Both the position numbers and the translations under genes were made by a program. Positions 44,874-55,052 of a stretch of DNA of 64,000 nt are shown here, piece by piece (within the stretch, counting starts at the first letter, position 1; each line of letters opens with the position of its first letter). The notes under the pieces were generated by a model. It was not told the DNA's origin, ran no database searches, and was given only the letters and a program-made list of their open reading frames with translations. Source of the stretch: an uncultured Candidatus Saccharibacteria bacterium (GTDB taxonomy: Bacteria; Patescibacteriota; Saccharimonadia; Saccharimonadales; EFPC-124); the NCBI GenBank assembly GCA_964447105.1, contig CAYURH010000001.1, positions 3,139 through 67,138 on the forward strand. The letters run 5' to 3'.

Positions 44874-45002
44874 ATGAATAGTACGAAAGCACCAAAGAAA
44901 AACGAAAAACTAACCGCCAAACAAAAGGCGCAAATCGACAGCGCCGTTAATAAAGTAGTTAAAAAATACCACAAAACTCTTCAGTTGCTCGCTAAAACAT
45001 GA
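44874..45002 (+). CDS. 42-aa basic mini-ORF MNSTKAPKKNEKLTAKQKAQIDSAVNKVVKKYHKTLQLLAKT, candidate Doc antitoxin (Phd-like role)
   Basis: Not in the ORF track (under 60 aa). Its stop overlaps the Doc start codon. Coordinates may be off by 1 nt. Confidence 0.35.
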   Translation: MNSTKAPKKNEKLTAKQKAQIDSAVNKVVKKYHKTLQLLAKT

Positions 45003-45421
45003 AGCAGATAACGCTCCCCGAGGCAGAATATATTGCTCACACTTTAGCTAAGCGTCTAATGGATTTTGATGAGCCAGTGCCCCCCTTTGCAACACGCTTC
45101 CCGGGCAGGCTTGAAAGCTGCTTGGCACAACCATTCAGCACTTTTGACGGTAAGGCGTTATACCCCACACTGCCAGAAAAAGCCGCTTTACTTTTTTATT
45201 TGGTTATAAAGAATCATCCCTTTGAAAATGGCAATAAGCGACTAGCCGTTACGATCACGCTCGTTTTTCTTGATAAAAATCACAAGTGGGTTCGAGTACC
45301 GGCAAAAGATATGTATGAACTCGCTTGTATTGTGGCCACAAGCCGGCCGAACGAAAAAGACACTGTGCTTGAAAGGCTTACCCAGATATTTGGCAGCCTA
45401 CTGATCGACAGTGATGAATAG
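44999..45421 (+). CDS. doc: Doc (death-on-curing) toxin, Fic family
   Basis: Fic/Doc motif HPFENGNKR, 140 aa. Confidence 0.85.
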   Translation: MKQITLPEAEYIAHTLAKRLMDFDEPVPPFATRFPGRLESCLAQPFSTFDGKALYPTLPEKAALLFYLVIKNHPFENGNKRLAVTITLVFLDKNHKWVRVPAKDMYELACIVATSRPNEKDTVLERLTQIFGSLLIDSDE

Positions 45422-45914
45422 TATCGTCGTAATAGCCCATAACATTCGCAGCACCCACAATGTGGGCGCGATTTTTCGCACGTGCGACGGGTTTGGCGTA
45501 AGCCAGCTCATACTCACCGGATATACACCATACCCTGAGCTACCGGATGATTCGCGCCTGCCACATGTACGGCGAAAAATCGCGGCACAGATTCACAAAA
45601 CGGCGCTGGGCGCTGAACGAGTTGTTAAATATACACATCACGACGATCCTGTGGCGATCATTGGCGGCCTAAAGCACCGCGACTACACTATTGTCGCGTT
45701 GGAGCAAGCGCCACAGGCCGTGCTGTTGCCGGATTTTATACCACCCACAGCAAAAATTGCACTTGTGCTGGGCGAGGAAGTACACGGGATCACCCCCGAA
45801 CTCTTGAATCTATGCGACGCTATAGTTGAGATCCCTATGCACGGCCACAAAGAGTCGTTTAACGTCAGTGTGGCAGCGGGGATTGCACTCTATGCCCTGC
45901 GTACGGTACACTAA
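45411..45914 (+). CDS. TrmH/SpoU-family RNA 2'-O-methyltransferase
   Basis: SPOUT motifs (NVGAIFRTCDGFG, LVLGEEVHGI, ESFNVSVAAGIALY). The start overlaps the Doc 3' end. Confidence 0.85.
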   Translation: MMNSIVVIAHNIRSTHNVGAIFRTCDGFGVSQLILTGYTPYPELPDDSRLPHVRRKIAAQIHKTALGAERVVKYTHHDDPVAIIGGLKHRDYTIVALEQAPQAVLLPDFIPPTAKIALVLGEEVHGITPELLNLCDAIVEIPMHGHKESFNVSVAAGIALYALRTVH

Positions 45915-45919
45915 TTTTA

Positions 45920-46927
45920 ATGCCACAAAAAGCAAAAAAGACAAGGGTAGATAAACATCGGGCGCACGTAAAGCGCCTGCATAAACTGCGCGTCGTATGG
46001 TTTGGCGTGCTTATATTTGGCCTAGCATTTGTTCAGGTCGCCTACCACGTACAACAAGCCAGCGCCAGCAGTCACGGCGTACTAGCCTATGCCACAAGTA
46101 TGAGCATCGGCGATTTGGCGACGCTAACCAATCAGCAACGCGCCCAATACGGCAAACCTGCGCTGCAACTCAACAGCAAACTCAATACCGGCGCCCAAAA
46201 CAAAGCCAACGACATGATTGCCAAAGACTATTGGTCACATGTCAGTCCTGACGGCACGCAGCCTTGGTATTTCTTTACGTCTGCCGGCTATGCATACAGT
46301 TCAGCTGGCGAGAACCTGGCATATGGGTTTGATACCAGCGCTGGCGCCATAGACGGCTGGATGAACAGCCCAGGGCATCGCGCCAACATGTTGGGCGACT
46401 ACAAAGAAATGGGCTTTGGTATAGCCGACGGACCCAACTATCAGGGCGGGCCGCACACCGTGGTGGTTGCATTCTACGGCGTGCCATCATCTACAGGTAG
46501 CGGGGGAACCAATAAATCAGCTCCGGCGCAAAAATCCACTGCAGCAGCCCCCGCGCCCAAAACTACCACTAAAGCACCAGCCGCCCCCGCTCAGCCTGCT
46601 CCAGCGCCCGCACCGGCCCCCGTGACAGAGCCTGAAAAACCGGTGGCCGAACCCGTTGCCCCTCTAGAAACACACACCGCCGAATCACCCAAACGCGTCA
46701 CCAACATATCTGCCTTGGGCAGCGGCAATGCCACCTGGGCCACTGTGGCAAGCGTGGGATTAGTAGGCGCGACTTCTATCGGCTTTGCCACCACGCACCG
46801 CGAATTGGTACGGCGTGAATGGAAAAAGGGCAAAAAATTCATTGTGTTTCACCCACTCCTTGACGTAGTGGTACTGGGTGGCATAGCGATATTTATACTC
46901 AGCTCAACCGCCGGATTCATCAAGTAG
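45920..46927 (+). CDS. CAP/SCP/PR-1 domain protein with N- and C-terminal TM segments and Pro/Ala-rich linker
   Basis: CAP motifs (HYTQVVW-like: DYWSHVSPDG, GHRANML). Confidence 0.8.
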   Translation: MPQKAKKTRVDKHRAHVKRLHKLRVVWFGVLIFGLAFVQVAYHVQQASASSHGVLAYATSMSIGDLATLTNQQRAQYGKPALQLNSKLNTGAQNKANDMIAKDYWSHVSPDGTQPWYFFTSAGYAYSSAGENLAYGFDTSAGAIDGWMNSPGHRANMLGDYKEMGFGIADGPNYQGGPHTVVVAFYGVPSSTGSGGTNKSAPAQKSTAAAPAPKTTTKAPAAPAQPAPAPAPAPVTEPEKPVAEPVAPLETHTAESPKRVTNISALGSGNATWATVASVGLVGATSIGFATTHRELVRREWKKGKKFIVFHPLLDVVVLGGIAIFILSSTAGFIK

Positions 46928-46929
46928 CA

Positions 46930-49900
46930 CTATTTCAGCGCCACGCACTCTGGCCCAAGCAAGCTAGCAATTGTGGATTGCAGATCATCGTGTGGCTCGA
47001 TAGTAAACGGCAAACGCATGGCTGACTTTTTATCAGACCCCAGCACCAACACTACTTCGTGCGCACCGGGGAAATTGTTGAATGTTTGCTTGAGTTTAAG
47101 CAACGCGTCAGCATTGTCGGGATCTTTTACGTGGACGTATAGGCGCTGTTTGTCGGGGGTCATGCGCGGGGTTGGGGGAGCTGGGGGCTCGTCGACAACG
47201 GGGTGGTAGGTAAATGTCTCGGCTGGTTTTTTGGCCGTAGGGTTGGCCAAGTTTTTGCTTGGCGTGGATTTGGGCAATTTCATGTTTTTGCCGGTTGCCT
47301 GATAGCCGGCTAACTCTTCGGGGGTAACGAACACAATGTCGTCGGCAATAACTTTGAGCTCGTCAGTAATACGCCCATCACGATCTTTGGCGTTGATTTT
47401 ACCCGTGACTTTTACCACCGCGTCTTGCTGCAACTTTTCGCCTATAGTTTCGAACAGTTTGGGGAATACAATGACTTCAATTTCGCCCGATTTGTCTTCC
47501 ATCTTCACGAATGCCATCTTGGTGTTGGATTTGGTGGTAATACTACGCGACTCTAGGATGATGCCGCCAATCTGCGCGCTGCGGCCATCCATATCTTTGG
47601 TAAGCTGGCCAATGGGCATCGTTTGCTCGGCAAAATAAGCATCAAACTTGTCGAGTGGGTGGGCGCTCAGGTATAACCCCAGTAGTTCTCGCTCCCACTG
47701 CAGCAGTTCGTGCTCGCCTGTTTTGGTGGGTGCGACTTCCAGTTTGAGTGGCGCAATCATGCTATCAAGAAGGTTGCCAAACAGGTCGGTTTGGCCAGCA
47801 GCGGCATCTTTTTGCACTTTGCTGGCGTAGGCCAAAATAGTGTCGAGGTTGAACAGCAAATCACTGCGGTCGCCAAAGCTATCAAATGCGCCAGCTTTCA
47901 TGAGGCTTTCTAAGTTTTTGCGATTTACAATGCGCACGTTGACGCGCTTGAGAAAATCTTCGATGCTTTTAAATTGTCCGTCTTGGCGTGCGCGCAAAAT
48001 TTCTTCTACGGCATTGGTGCCCACGTTTTTGACCGCGTTCATGCCAAAACGGATATGACCAGTTTCGGGCACCACGGCAAATTCGGCAAATGACTGATTG
48101 ACGTCGGGCGCCAGGACTTTGAGCCCCATGTGCTGACATTCGGCAATCTCGATAGCCAAGCGGTCGGTGTCGCCCTGATCGCTGGTCATCACCGCCGCCA
48201 TAAAGGCCGCCGGGTAGTGCGCCTTTACGTACGCCGTCCAATACGAAATCATGCCATAACAGGCGGAGTGCGATTTGTTGAAACAGTAGTCAGCAAACCC
48301 TAGCAGGTCTTTCCAGAATTTTTCGATGGTGGGCTGAGGTACGCCATTTTTCACCGCGCCTTCGATAAATTTGACCTGCATCTTCTCCATGACATCAAGC
48401 TTTTTCTTGCCGATGGCTTTGCGCAACGTATCGGCTTCACCACCAGTAAACCCACACACATCGCGGCTGATCTGCATCACTTGCTCTTGATATACCAGCA
48501 CGCCAAAAGTGTTACCCAACGCGCCTTCCATGAGCGGGTGAGCGTAGCTGACTTTTTCGAGCCCATTTTTGCGTTTGATAAAACTATCGGTTAGGCCGGC
48601 GCTGAGCGGACCCGGGCGATACAGGGCGCCCATGGCTATAACATCGTCGAATTCGGTCGGTTTGAGTTCGCGCAAATAGCGTTTCATACCAGCTGATTCA
48701 AACTGGAACACACCAGTCGTGTCGCCACGGCCTAATAGTTCAAATGTTTTGGTGTCGTCGAGTGGGATTGACTCGAGGTCGATGTCTACTTCATGCACCT
48801 TTTTGACGATACGCATCGCGTTTTTCAGAATCGTCAGGTTACTCAGGCCCAAGAAGTCCATTTTGAGCAGACCCAACTCTTCGATCTGGCCCATAGGGAA
48901 CTGGGTGGCTACCACGCCTTTTTGCGCCATTTCGAGCGGGATGTACTGTACCAGCTCGCCCGGCGCGATCACCACGCCACACGCATGCACACCATGGCTG
49001 CGAATGGTACCTTCCAGGCGCACCGCTAGGTCGATGACTCGTTTGGCGTTGGGGCTGGATTCGTATTCTTTCTTCAAATCAGGATCTTTTTGCACACTCA
49101 CTTTCAGCGGGATGTGCCGACCCTGCACTGGTGCCGGAATCATTTTGGCCAGACGGTCAGCTTCGGCGTAGGGCACTTCGAGCACACGTGCCACATCGCG
49201 CACCGCTGCACGGGCTGCCATTTTGCCAAACGTCACGATATTGCTCACGCGGTCATCGCCGTATTTTTTGGCACAATAATCAATCACTTCGTCGCGACGC
49301 GTATCCTGAATATCCACATCGATATCAGGCATACTGATACGATCGGGGTTGAGGAAGCGCTCAAACAGCAAACCATACAGGAGTGGATCGAGGTCGGTAA
49401 TACGCAGTGCATAGGCGATGATAGACCCCGCAGCGCTTCCCCGCCCAGGCCCAAAAATAATCCCTTGATCTTTCCCCCAGTTAATAAAATCTTGCACAAT
49501 CAGCATGTAGCCGTTGAATCCCATGCCGTCAATCACGCCCAATTCGTACGCAGCGCGATCTTGCACCTCTGACGCCAAAGTAGCTTTAGCCTGTTCGATA
49601 GTCATACCCCTGGCCGTGTCACGCGGCACACTGGCATAGCGTTCAGCCAAGCCGCGGTACACCAACTCGTCGAGGAATGATTTTTCAGTGGCACCATCGG
49701 GCACTGGGAACTGGGGGATCAAGATACGGCCAAACTCGAAGCTCACATTGCAGCGATCAGCAATGGCTTTGGTGTTGGCAATCACTTCGGGGTGCTCACC
49801 GCCCCAGCGATCGATGATTGCTTGCGGCTCTTCTACAAATAGATCGAATTCTTTCAGGCTCATGCGATCTTGATCGTTCAGAAACGATCCAGTTTGCACA

Positions 49901-50646
49901 CACAGCAAAATTTCATGGGCGTCTTTGTCGGCATGACTGGCGTAGTGCGCGTCGCAGGTGACCGCTGGCTGGATGTCCAGATCTTTGGCTAGTTTGAATA
50001 ATTTTTGGTTGAGTTTGACCTGCTCGTCCCATTTCATTTTGTGGTTGGGGTGGCCGTGATCTTGCACTTCTATGTAGTAGCGGTCGCCAAAGACACCTTT
50101 GTACCACTTGGCAATATCGTAGGCTTTTTCGTCTTGATCAGCTCGCAAATTTTCACCCAGCTCGCCACCAGCACAGGCCGACAGCGCGATGAGCCCTTCG
50201 TTGTATTTCTCGAGTAGTGTGTGGTCGATACGCGGTTTGTAGTAGTAACCTTCTAGATTACCGATAGTACTCAGGCGCATGAGGTTTTCATAGCCTTTGT
50301 TATTCATGGCCAGCAATATGAGGTGATAGCGAGCTTTGTCTTTCACCGGATCTTTGTCTTTGTGGCTGCGAGCCGCAACATATGTCTCGATGCCGATGAT
50401 CGGTTTGATGCCGCGCGCCGTCGCTTCTTTGTAGAATTCTATCGCGCCACTAAGCGTACCGTGATCGGTCATAGCTACAGCTTCCATGCCTAGCTCTTTG
50501 ACACGGTCGAGCATTTCGGGCACTTTTTGCAGACCATCAAGCACACTGTAGTGCGAATGGTTATGTAAGTGCACATAGTCACTCACCTGCAACTCTTTGG
50601 CCACGATCCCCTCCATATAAGTTCTTGTACTTAGTATAACGCTCAT
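46930..50646 (-). CDS. dnaE: DNA polymerase III subunit alpha
   Basis: PHP domain (HLHNHSHYSVLDG), polymerase core, and OB fold. The start is taken at MSVILST. Confidence 0.95.
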   Translation of the reverse strand: MSVILSTRTYMEGIVAKELQVSDYVHLHNHSHYSVLDGLQKVPEMLDRVKELGMEAVAMTDHGTLSGAIEFYKEATARGIKPIIGIETYVAARSHKDKDPVKDKARYHLILLAMNNKGYENLMRLSTIGNLEGYYYKPRIDHTLLEKYNEGLIALSACAGGELGENLRADQDEKAYDIAKWYKGVFGDRYYIEVQDHGHPNHKMKWDEQVKLNQKLFKLAKDLDIQPAVTCDAHYASHADKDAHEILLCVQTGSFLNDQDRMSLKEFDLFVEEPQAIIDRWGGEHPEVIANTKAIADRCNVSFEFGRILIPQFPVPDGATEKSFLDELVYRGLAERYASVPRDTARGMTIEQAKATLASEVQDRAAYELGVIDGMGFNGYMLIVQDFINWGKDQGIIFGPGRGSAAGSIIAYALRITDLDPLLYGLLFERFLNPDRISMPDIDVDIQDTRRDEVIDYCAKKYGDDRVSNIVTFGKMAARAAVRDVARVLEVPYAEADRLAKMIPAPVQGRHIPLKVSVQKDPDLKKEYESSPNAKRVIDLAVRLEGTIRSHGVHACGVVIAPGELVQYIPLEMAQKGVVATQFPMGQIEELGLLKMDFLGLSNLTILKNAMRIVKKVHEVDIDLESIPLDDTKTFELLGRGDTTGVFQFESAGMKRYLRELKPTEFDDVIAMGALYRPGPLSAGLTDSFIKRKNGLEKVSYAHPLMEGALGNTFGVLVYQEQVMQISRDVCGFTGGEADTLRKAIGKKKLDVMEKMQVKFIEGAVKNGVPQPTIEKFWKDLLGFADYCFNKSHSACYGMISYWTAYVKAHYPAAFMAAVMTSDQGDTDRLAIEIAECQHMGLKVLAPDVNQSFAEFAVVPETGHIRFGMNAVKNVGTNAVEEILRARQDGQFKSIEDFLKRVNVRIVNRKNLESLMKAGAFDSFGDRSDLLFNLDTILAYASKVQKDAAAGQTDLFGNLLDSMIAPLKLEVAPTKTGEHELLQWERELLGLYLSAHPLDKFDAYFAEQTMPIGQLTKDMDGRSAQIGGIILESRSITTKSNTKMAFVKMEDKSGEIEVIVFPKLFETIGEKLQQDAVVKVTGKINAKDRDGRITDELKVIADDIVFVTPEELAGYQATGKNMKLPKSTPSKNLANPTAKKPAETFTYHPVVDEPPAPPTPRMTPDKQRLYVHVKDPDNADALLKLKQTFNNFPGAHEVVLVLGSDKKSAMRLPFTIEPHDDLQSTIASLLGPECVALK

Positions 50647-50766
50647 GGCAGCCCGCGGTAGTTGTATAAAAAACAAAAATCCTGCCACTTGGCGAATATA
50701 TAAGTTCACACTATTATTCGCTCATGGGCGCCGCCGCGTGTGCTGGCGGCGCCCATGATTCTGCAC

Positions 50767-51228
50767 TTACCGTGGCGGCGGGAAGTCTGCCGGCAGGCCG
50801 GTACATTCCCTCGTATCGTCGTACGAGATGAGTATCCTGTACCGCTTGCGCGGATCCAGGTGCACCGTGTTGCTAATGCCGTTAAGCCCTTCCGCCTGCC
50901 GCCACCCTGCTCCGCTATTGATCCAGATGCCGAACGGCACCTGAGTCCAGCTGAAGGTGGCCGCGACGTAATCGCCCTGCTTTGTGAACGTACGCGTTAC
51001 CTCCAGCTGGCGGTTCGCGTCGTACGCGGTCTCTCGGCCATTGCCGACATATACGACAGCAGCTCGGCAGACCTGCGGCTGCGAAGGCTGCGGCTGTGGG
51101 GATGGCCGCGACGACTGCACGGCAGCCGTCGGTTTGGCGCTGGGCGTGGTATCGCCCTGCGAACCGCACCCTCGGGCGCCGACCGCAAGTACGGCAGCCG
51201 ACAATGCGGCTGCCAACCAAATTTTCAT
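50767..51228 (-). CDS. high-GC secreted/lipoprotein, hypothetical
   Basis: Signal peptide MKIWLAAALSAAVLAVGARGC, then a Pro/Gln-rich linker. Confidence 0.45.
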   Translation of the reverse strand: MKIWLAAALSAAVLAVGARGCGSQGDTTPSAKPTAAVQSSRPSPQPQPSQPQVCRAAVVYVGNGRETAYDANRQLEVTRTFTKQGDYVAATFSWTQVPFGIWINSGAGWRQAEGLNGISNTVHLDPRKRYRILISYDDTRECTGLPADFPPPR

Positions 51229-51308
51229 ACTGCACTCCTTGACTATTCGGCTGTGCGAGTATAATTATACAATAAATTCTGCACTTATACAATAAATACG
51301 CACGTCGT

Positions 51309-51572
51309 CTATTTGTGCTGTGTTTCCTGTATAGAACGTTGCACCGAATCCACCACATCGGTCAAAAACGGCACATAATGAAAAACGCTCAACAGCCACA
51401 ACAATGCCGCCACCACCAGTGTGCCGCCAACCAAACTACCAAGCCCAAAAAATATACCTCGGATAAAATTCATCCAATAGATTTGGTGACGCCGGTTGTA
51501 ATAGTCGTGAAAAAATTCTTCAAATACAGCGTTGCTGGCGCTTTGTTGCTCACCCGTGCGTTTTTGTGCCAT
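51309..51572 (-). CDS. small membrane protein
   Basis: 87 aa, 1-2 TM helices. Confidence 0.4.
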   Translation of the reverse strand: MAQKRTGEQQSASNAVFEEFFHDYYNRRHQIYWMNFIRGIFFGLGSLVGGTLVVAALLWLLSVFHYVPFLTDVVDSVQRSIQETQHK

Positions 51573-51575
51573 AGA

Positions 51576-51917
51576 CTAGCGAGGGCGTGGTGGTTTGGAT
51601 GTCACTTTAGCTTTAGCGTCTTTAGCCATATGCTCGGCAGTTTTTTTCAGATCCTCAGCCTTTTCTTTGGCGTCTTCTACGATGTCTTCGGCTTTTTCTT
51701 TGGCGTCTTTCACCATTTTGTTGCCTTGCTCTACGGCTTTGTCGACATTCTTTTTGGCGTCTTTAGCCATGTGCTCGGCGCCTTCTTTCACTTCACCAGC
51801 TTTGCGCTTGATGTCTTGGCGCGTTTCTTTGCCGCTCTTAGGTGCGGTCAAAAATCCGGCAACGAGTCCCGCCAAAGCGCCAACTGCCAATCCTAAAGTA
51901 AAACGTGGTTTGCCCAT
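51576..51917 (-). CDS. YtxH-like stress protein
   Basis: N-terminal TM helix and K/E/A-rich repeats (AKDAKEKAEDIVEDAKEKAEDLKK). Confidence 0.55.
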   Translation of the reverse strand: MGKPRFTLGLAVGALAGLVAGFLTAPKSGKETRQDIKRKAGEVKEGAEHMAKDAKKNVDKAVEQGNKMVKDAKEKAEDIVEDAKEKAEDLKKTAEHMAKDAKAKVTSKPPRPR

Positions 51918-51919
51918 AA

Positions 51920-52177
51920 TTAATCCTTTCCTTTCTTACGGCGAATAAACCTATCTACAATATCCATAAACATGCCCGAAAGCGCCGCTGGCGCGATAGC
52001 ATGTTGCAAGTTACCAATAAACCCTTCGAAATGTTGCGCCGTACGCTCGGCGGATTCTGCCACTTCTTTCATCTTTTTGGCAATGGCGATCAAATACGCC
52101 GTCAAAATAATCGCCAGCACTAGGAAAACGGCCAGCGCAGTCGAAAGCATAATTACAAGAATTTGTTCTGCTGTCAT
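51920..52177 (-). CDS. small membrane protein
   Basis: 85 aa, one TM helix. Confidence 0.35.
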   Translation of the reverse strand: MTAEQILVIMLSTALAVFLVLAIILTAYLIAIAKKMKEVAESAERTAQHFEGFIGNLQHAIAPAALSGMFMDIVDRFIRRKKGKD

Positions 52178-52223
52178 GTTATACCCCTTATGACGCTAGT
52201 ATACAGAGTGATGGTGGCTTTGC

Positions 52224-52490
52224 CTAGACGGCAGCGCGCTTGCCGGTAAATGCTTTTACAATCGCCAGCAAAATGACGGACCCCAAAACAGCCACAAGCA
52301 ACGTCGACAGATTAAACCCTGTCAATGCGTCCGCTACGCCAAAGAAACTCATCACAAATCCGCCAAGCACCGCGCCCACAATACCAACCAGTATGTTAGC
52401 CATTGCGCCCATCGATGCGTCAGTTTTCATAATCATTGATGCAATCCAGCCAGCCAAACCCCCAACGATGATCCATGATAGTATGCCCAT
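52224..52490 (-). CDS. GlsB/YeaQ/YmgE family stress-response membrane protein
   Basis: GILSWIIVGGLAGWIASMIM is typical of the transglycosylase-associated family. Confidence 0.7.
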   Translation of the reverse strand: MGILSWIIVGGLAGWIASMIMKTDASMGAMANILVGIVGAVLGGFVMSFFGVADALTGFNLSTLLVAVLGSVILLAIVKAFTGKRAAV

Positions 52491-52661
52491 AATTCCCTCC
52501 TACTTACCCTTTTATTATATCAGGGTAAGGCAAGCCGGGCTTTTGATCGATCACACTTCTACCTGGCGCAGCCAACACGGGGTGGCACGCGGCGGGGCTG
52601 CCCCGCTTTTTTTGATTTATCAAAATAAAGAAGGGGCGGACCGCGTGACGGGACCCGGCGA

Positions 52662-54122
52662 TTATTTAATCTGTTGCTTTATAATCTGCTGCGCCAGGCC
52701 AGGGTTGGCTTTGCCTTGGCTAACTTTCATAACTTGGCCCACTAAAAAGCCGATGGCTTTCATCTCACCAGCAGCAACATCAGCCACGGCCTTGGCGTTG
52801 GCTGGATCAGCCAGCACTTGTGCAACCACGGCGCCCAGCGTGTCTTGGTTGTTGTCTTGCAGCAAGCCGGCTTTTTCGGCGGCTTCTTCGGCGTTGGCTT
52901 CGGGCGCACCAGCGAGCACAAACAACAATTCGTCGGCGGCGTTAGAACTCAGTTTGCTGTCACTGGATAGCTGGTGAACGGCCGCAAATTGCTGCGGCAT
53001 TGCCAGACCCAAAGATGGATCGCCTTGGCGTTTTTTGCTGTCGCGGTTGGCCATAAAATTGGCCGCAAATTTAGCAGCTTCGGGCGATGTCTGCGCTAGC
53101 ACCGTATGCACATAGCGCGTGCCAAGCAGCGCGTCCTGCAGAATCAACGTCTCAGACAAAGACTGGTCAATCCCCAGGCGTTCCAGCTCGCGCCGTATAT
53201 GCGGCGGTAGCTTGGGCATGTCTTTCTGGATTTCATCAATCTCTTCGTCGGTCAATACAATCGGTGGGATGTCGGGCTCGGGGAAATACCGGTAATCTTG
53301 CGCTTCTTCTTTGCTGCGCTGCGACACTGTTTTTTGAGTGGCTTCCACCCAACCGCGTGTTTCTTGCACCACTTTGCCGCCTTTTTCGAGTAGTTCGATC
53401 TGGCGGTCGATTTCGAACAGCACAGCTCGTTCAACAGCGCGGAATGAGTTGAGGTTTTTGATTTCAGCTCGTGTGCCCCAAACTTTGGCGTCTTTTTTGG
53501 CTACCGAGATATTCACATCAAAACGCATGTTGCCGTGCTGCAAATCGCCCCGCGTGACACCAGCGTATTTCATGAGCAGGTACAGTTCCTGCACGTAGGC
53601 TTTGGCTTCAAGGGCTGAATGCATATCGGCCTCTGACACAATTTCGATGAGTGGCGTGCCCGCACGGTTGAGATCAACCAGGCTGTAATCGGCACCTGCA
53701 GGGTGAGTGGATTTACCAGCGTCTTCTTCGATATGCGCATGGTGAATGCGCACTTTTACACTGCCCTCGCCCACTGGCACGTCAATCGAGCCGGCTAAAA
53801 TCGTGGGCTGATGCAGCTGCGTAATCTGATACCCCTTGGGTAAATCAGGATAAAAATAATGCTTGCGATCAAAGCTACTCACCGTAGCAATGCGCGCATT
53901 CAGCGCCGTGCCGGCCCGCACCGCCAGCTCAACGGCTTTTTGGTTCAGCACTGGCAGCGTGCCAGGCAAGCCAAAACAGAGCAGCGATACCACAGTGTTG
54001 GGCGCTTGATCTCGATCATCATTGCTTGCGCCAGAAAACAGCTTGGTTGCCGTGTTGAGCTGCACATGGCATTCAATGCCTATTGTCGGCGTGTAGGTGT
54101 CTAAAATTTCTTGCTTAATCAT
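52662..54122 (-). CDS. gatB: Asp-tRNA(Asn)/Glu-tRNA(Gln) amidotransferase subunit B
   Basis: 486 aa: GatB catalytic domain plus a YqeY-like C-terminal domain. Confidence 0.95.
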   Translation of the reverse strand: MIKQEILDTYTPTIGIECHVQLNTATKLFSGASNDDRDQAPNTVVSLLCFGLPGTLPVLNQKAVELAVRAGTALNARIATVSSFDRKHYFYPDLPKGYQITQLHQPTILAGSIDVPVGEGSVKVRIHHAHIEEDAGKSTHPAGADYSLVDLNRAGTPLIEIVSEADMHSALEAKAYVQELYLLMKYAGVTRGDLQHGNMRFDVNISVAKKDAKVWGTRAEIKNLNSFRAVERAVLFEIDRQIELLEKGGKVVQETRGWVEATQKTVSQRSKEEAQDYRYFPEPDIPPIVLTDEEIDEIQKDMPKLPPHIRRELERLGIDQSLSETLILQDALLGTRYVHTVLAQTSPEAAKFAANFMANRDSKKRQGDPSLGLAMPQQFAAVHQLSSDSKLSSNAADELLFVLAGAPEANAEEAAEKAGLLQDNNQDTLGAVVAQVLADPANAKAVADVAAGEMKAIGFLVGQVMKVSQGKANPGLAQQIIKQQIK

Positions 54123-54636
54123 GAATCCCCTTTGTGACGGCGTATTTAAGTGTCACTCCGCCTTGGCCGTACGCGTCACTCGAGATCAGGGTTAGTTTAC
54201 GTTGCAGCGGCGCCTTAACAAGCCCAATGCCGCTGCCGATAAATATCGGCTCGACATCGAGCCACAACTCATCAACCCAGTTTTCTTCGATCATCGACAG
54301 CGCTAGCATGGGTCCACCGCCAATTAATATGTCGTCAAAATTTTCGGCCTGCAGCATTTTGATAGCCTGACCTGGATTTTGCACCTGCGTGACACGTTCG
54401 CCGCCGGGCGTAATCGGTTTGCTAGCCACCACTACCACGCGTGGCATCTGCGACCAAATGCTAAATGTGTCGTCTTTGAGCATGATTTCGTAGGTAGTGC
54501 GGCCCAAAATGATATTGCCAGTACTCTGTACGGCGTTTTTAAAATTATCCCACGACTCTTTGCCCCATGGCGTTTCGCCCTGGTCGGTCGCGATCAACCC
54601 GTTGGCCGACATAGCCATATAGATAAACGATTTCAT
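54115..54636 (-). CDS. dihydrofolate reductase-like (RibD C-terminal domain) family protein
   Basis: MKSFIYMAMSANGLIA...GRTTYE pattern. Confidence 0.65.
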   Translation of the reverse strand: MKSFIYMAMSANGLIATDQGETPWGKESWDNFKNAVQSTGNIILGRTTYEIMLKDDTFSIWSQMPRVVVVASKPITPGGERVTQVQNPGQAIKMLQAENFDDILIGGGPMLALSMIEENWVDELWLDVEPIFIGSGIGLVKAPLQRKLTLISSDAYGQGGVTLKYAVTKGIHD

Positions 54637-55052
54637 AGCGCCCCCAAATCTTTGAGGCCCGCCGCAAACCCACTCATTGCCGCAGATACTTCGGATTGCT
54701 GCAAGCTCACGCCCGTTTCGTGCGCCAAACGATTACGCAGTTTGTGTGCTTGCCACACGGCGTTGGCGCGGGGCAATGACTGGCGAGCGTTTTTGAGGCG
54801 GTCACCCATGGTTTGGCCACGAAAACCGCGCGCCTTTAGCGCGTGGTCAAGCAACTTATCAGCATCAAAAACAGCTACGTGCCATTCAGCCTCGGTGCCT
54901 TCGGCGAGTTTGCTGATGCGCTGCCACTGGTCTGCATAATAATCGCGGTCAAGTGGTTTGCGGCGAGGGCCGAGTTTGCTAAAAACCACAAACACCAGCA
55001 GCGCCAACACCAATACGATAGCCAAGAAAGCGATAACGCCGTTATTTTCCAT
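54633..55052 (-). CDS. hypothetical single-pass membrane protein
   Basis: Start at MENNGVIAFLAIVLVLALLVFVVF. Overlaps the gatA 3' end by about 10 nt. Confidence 0.4.
   Translation of the reverse strand: MENNGVIAFLAIVLVLALLVFVVFSKLGPRRKPLDRDYYADQWQRISKLAEGTEAEWHVAVFDADKLLDHALKARGFRGQTMGDRLKNARQSLPRANAVWQAHKLRNRLAHETGVSLQQSEVSAAMSGFAAGLKDLGAL

Noticed and set aside
46973-50217. Numerous 60-160 aa ORFs on the strand opposite dnaE, and similarly inside clpC, recG, PBP1A, uvrB and gatA/B
   Set aside because: Antisense ORFs inside long, well-supported genes. No RBS or promoter signals.
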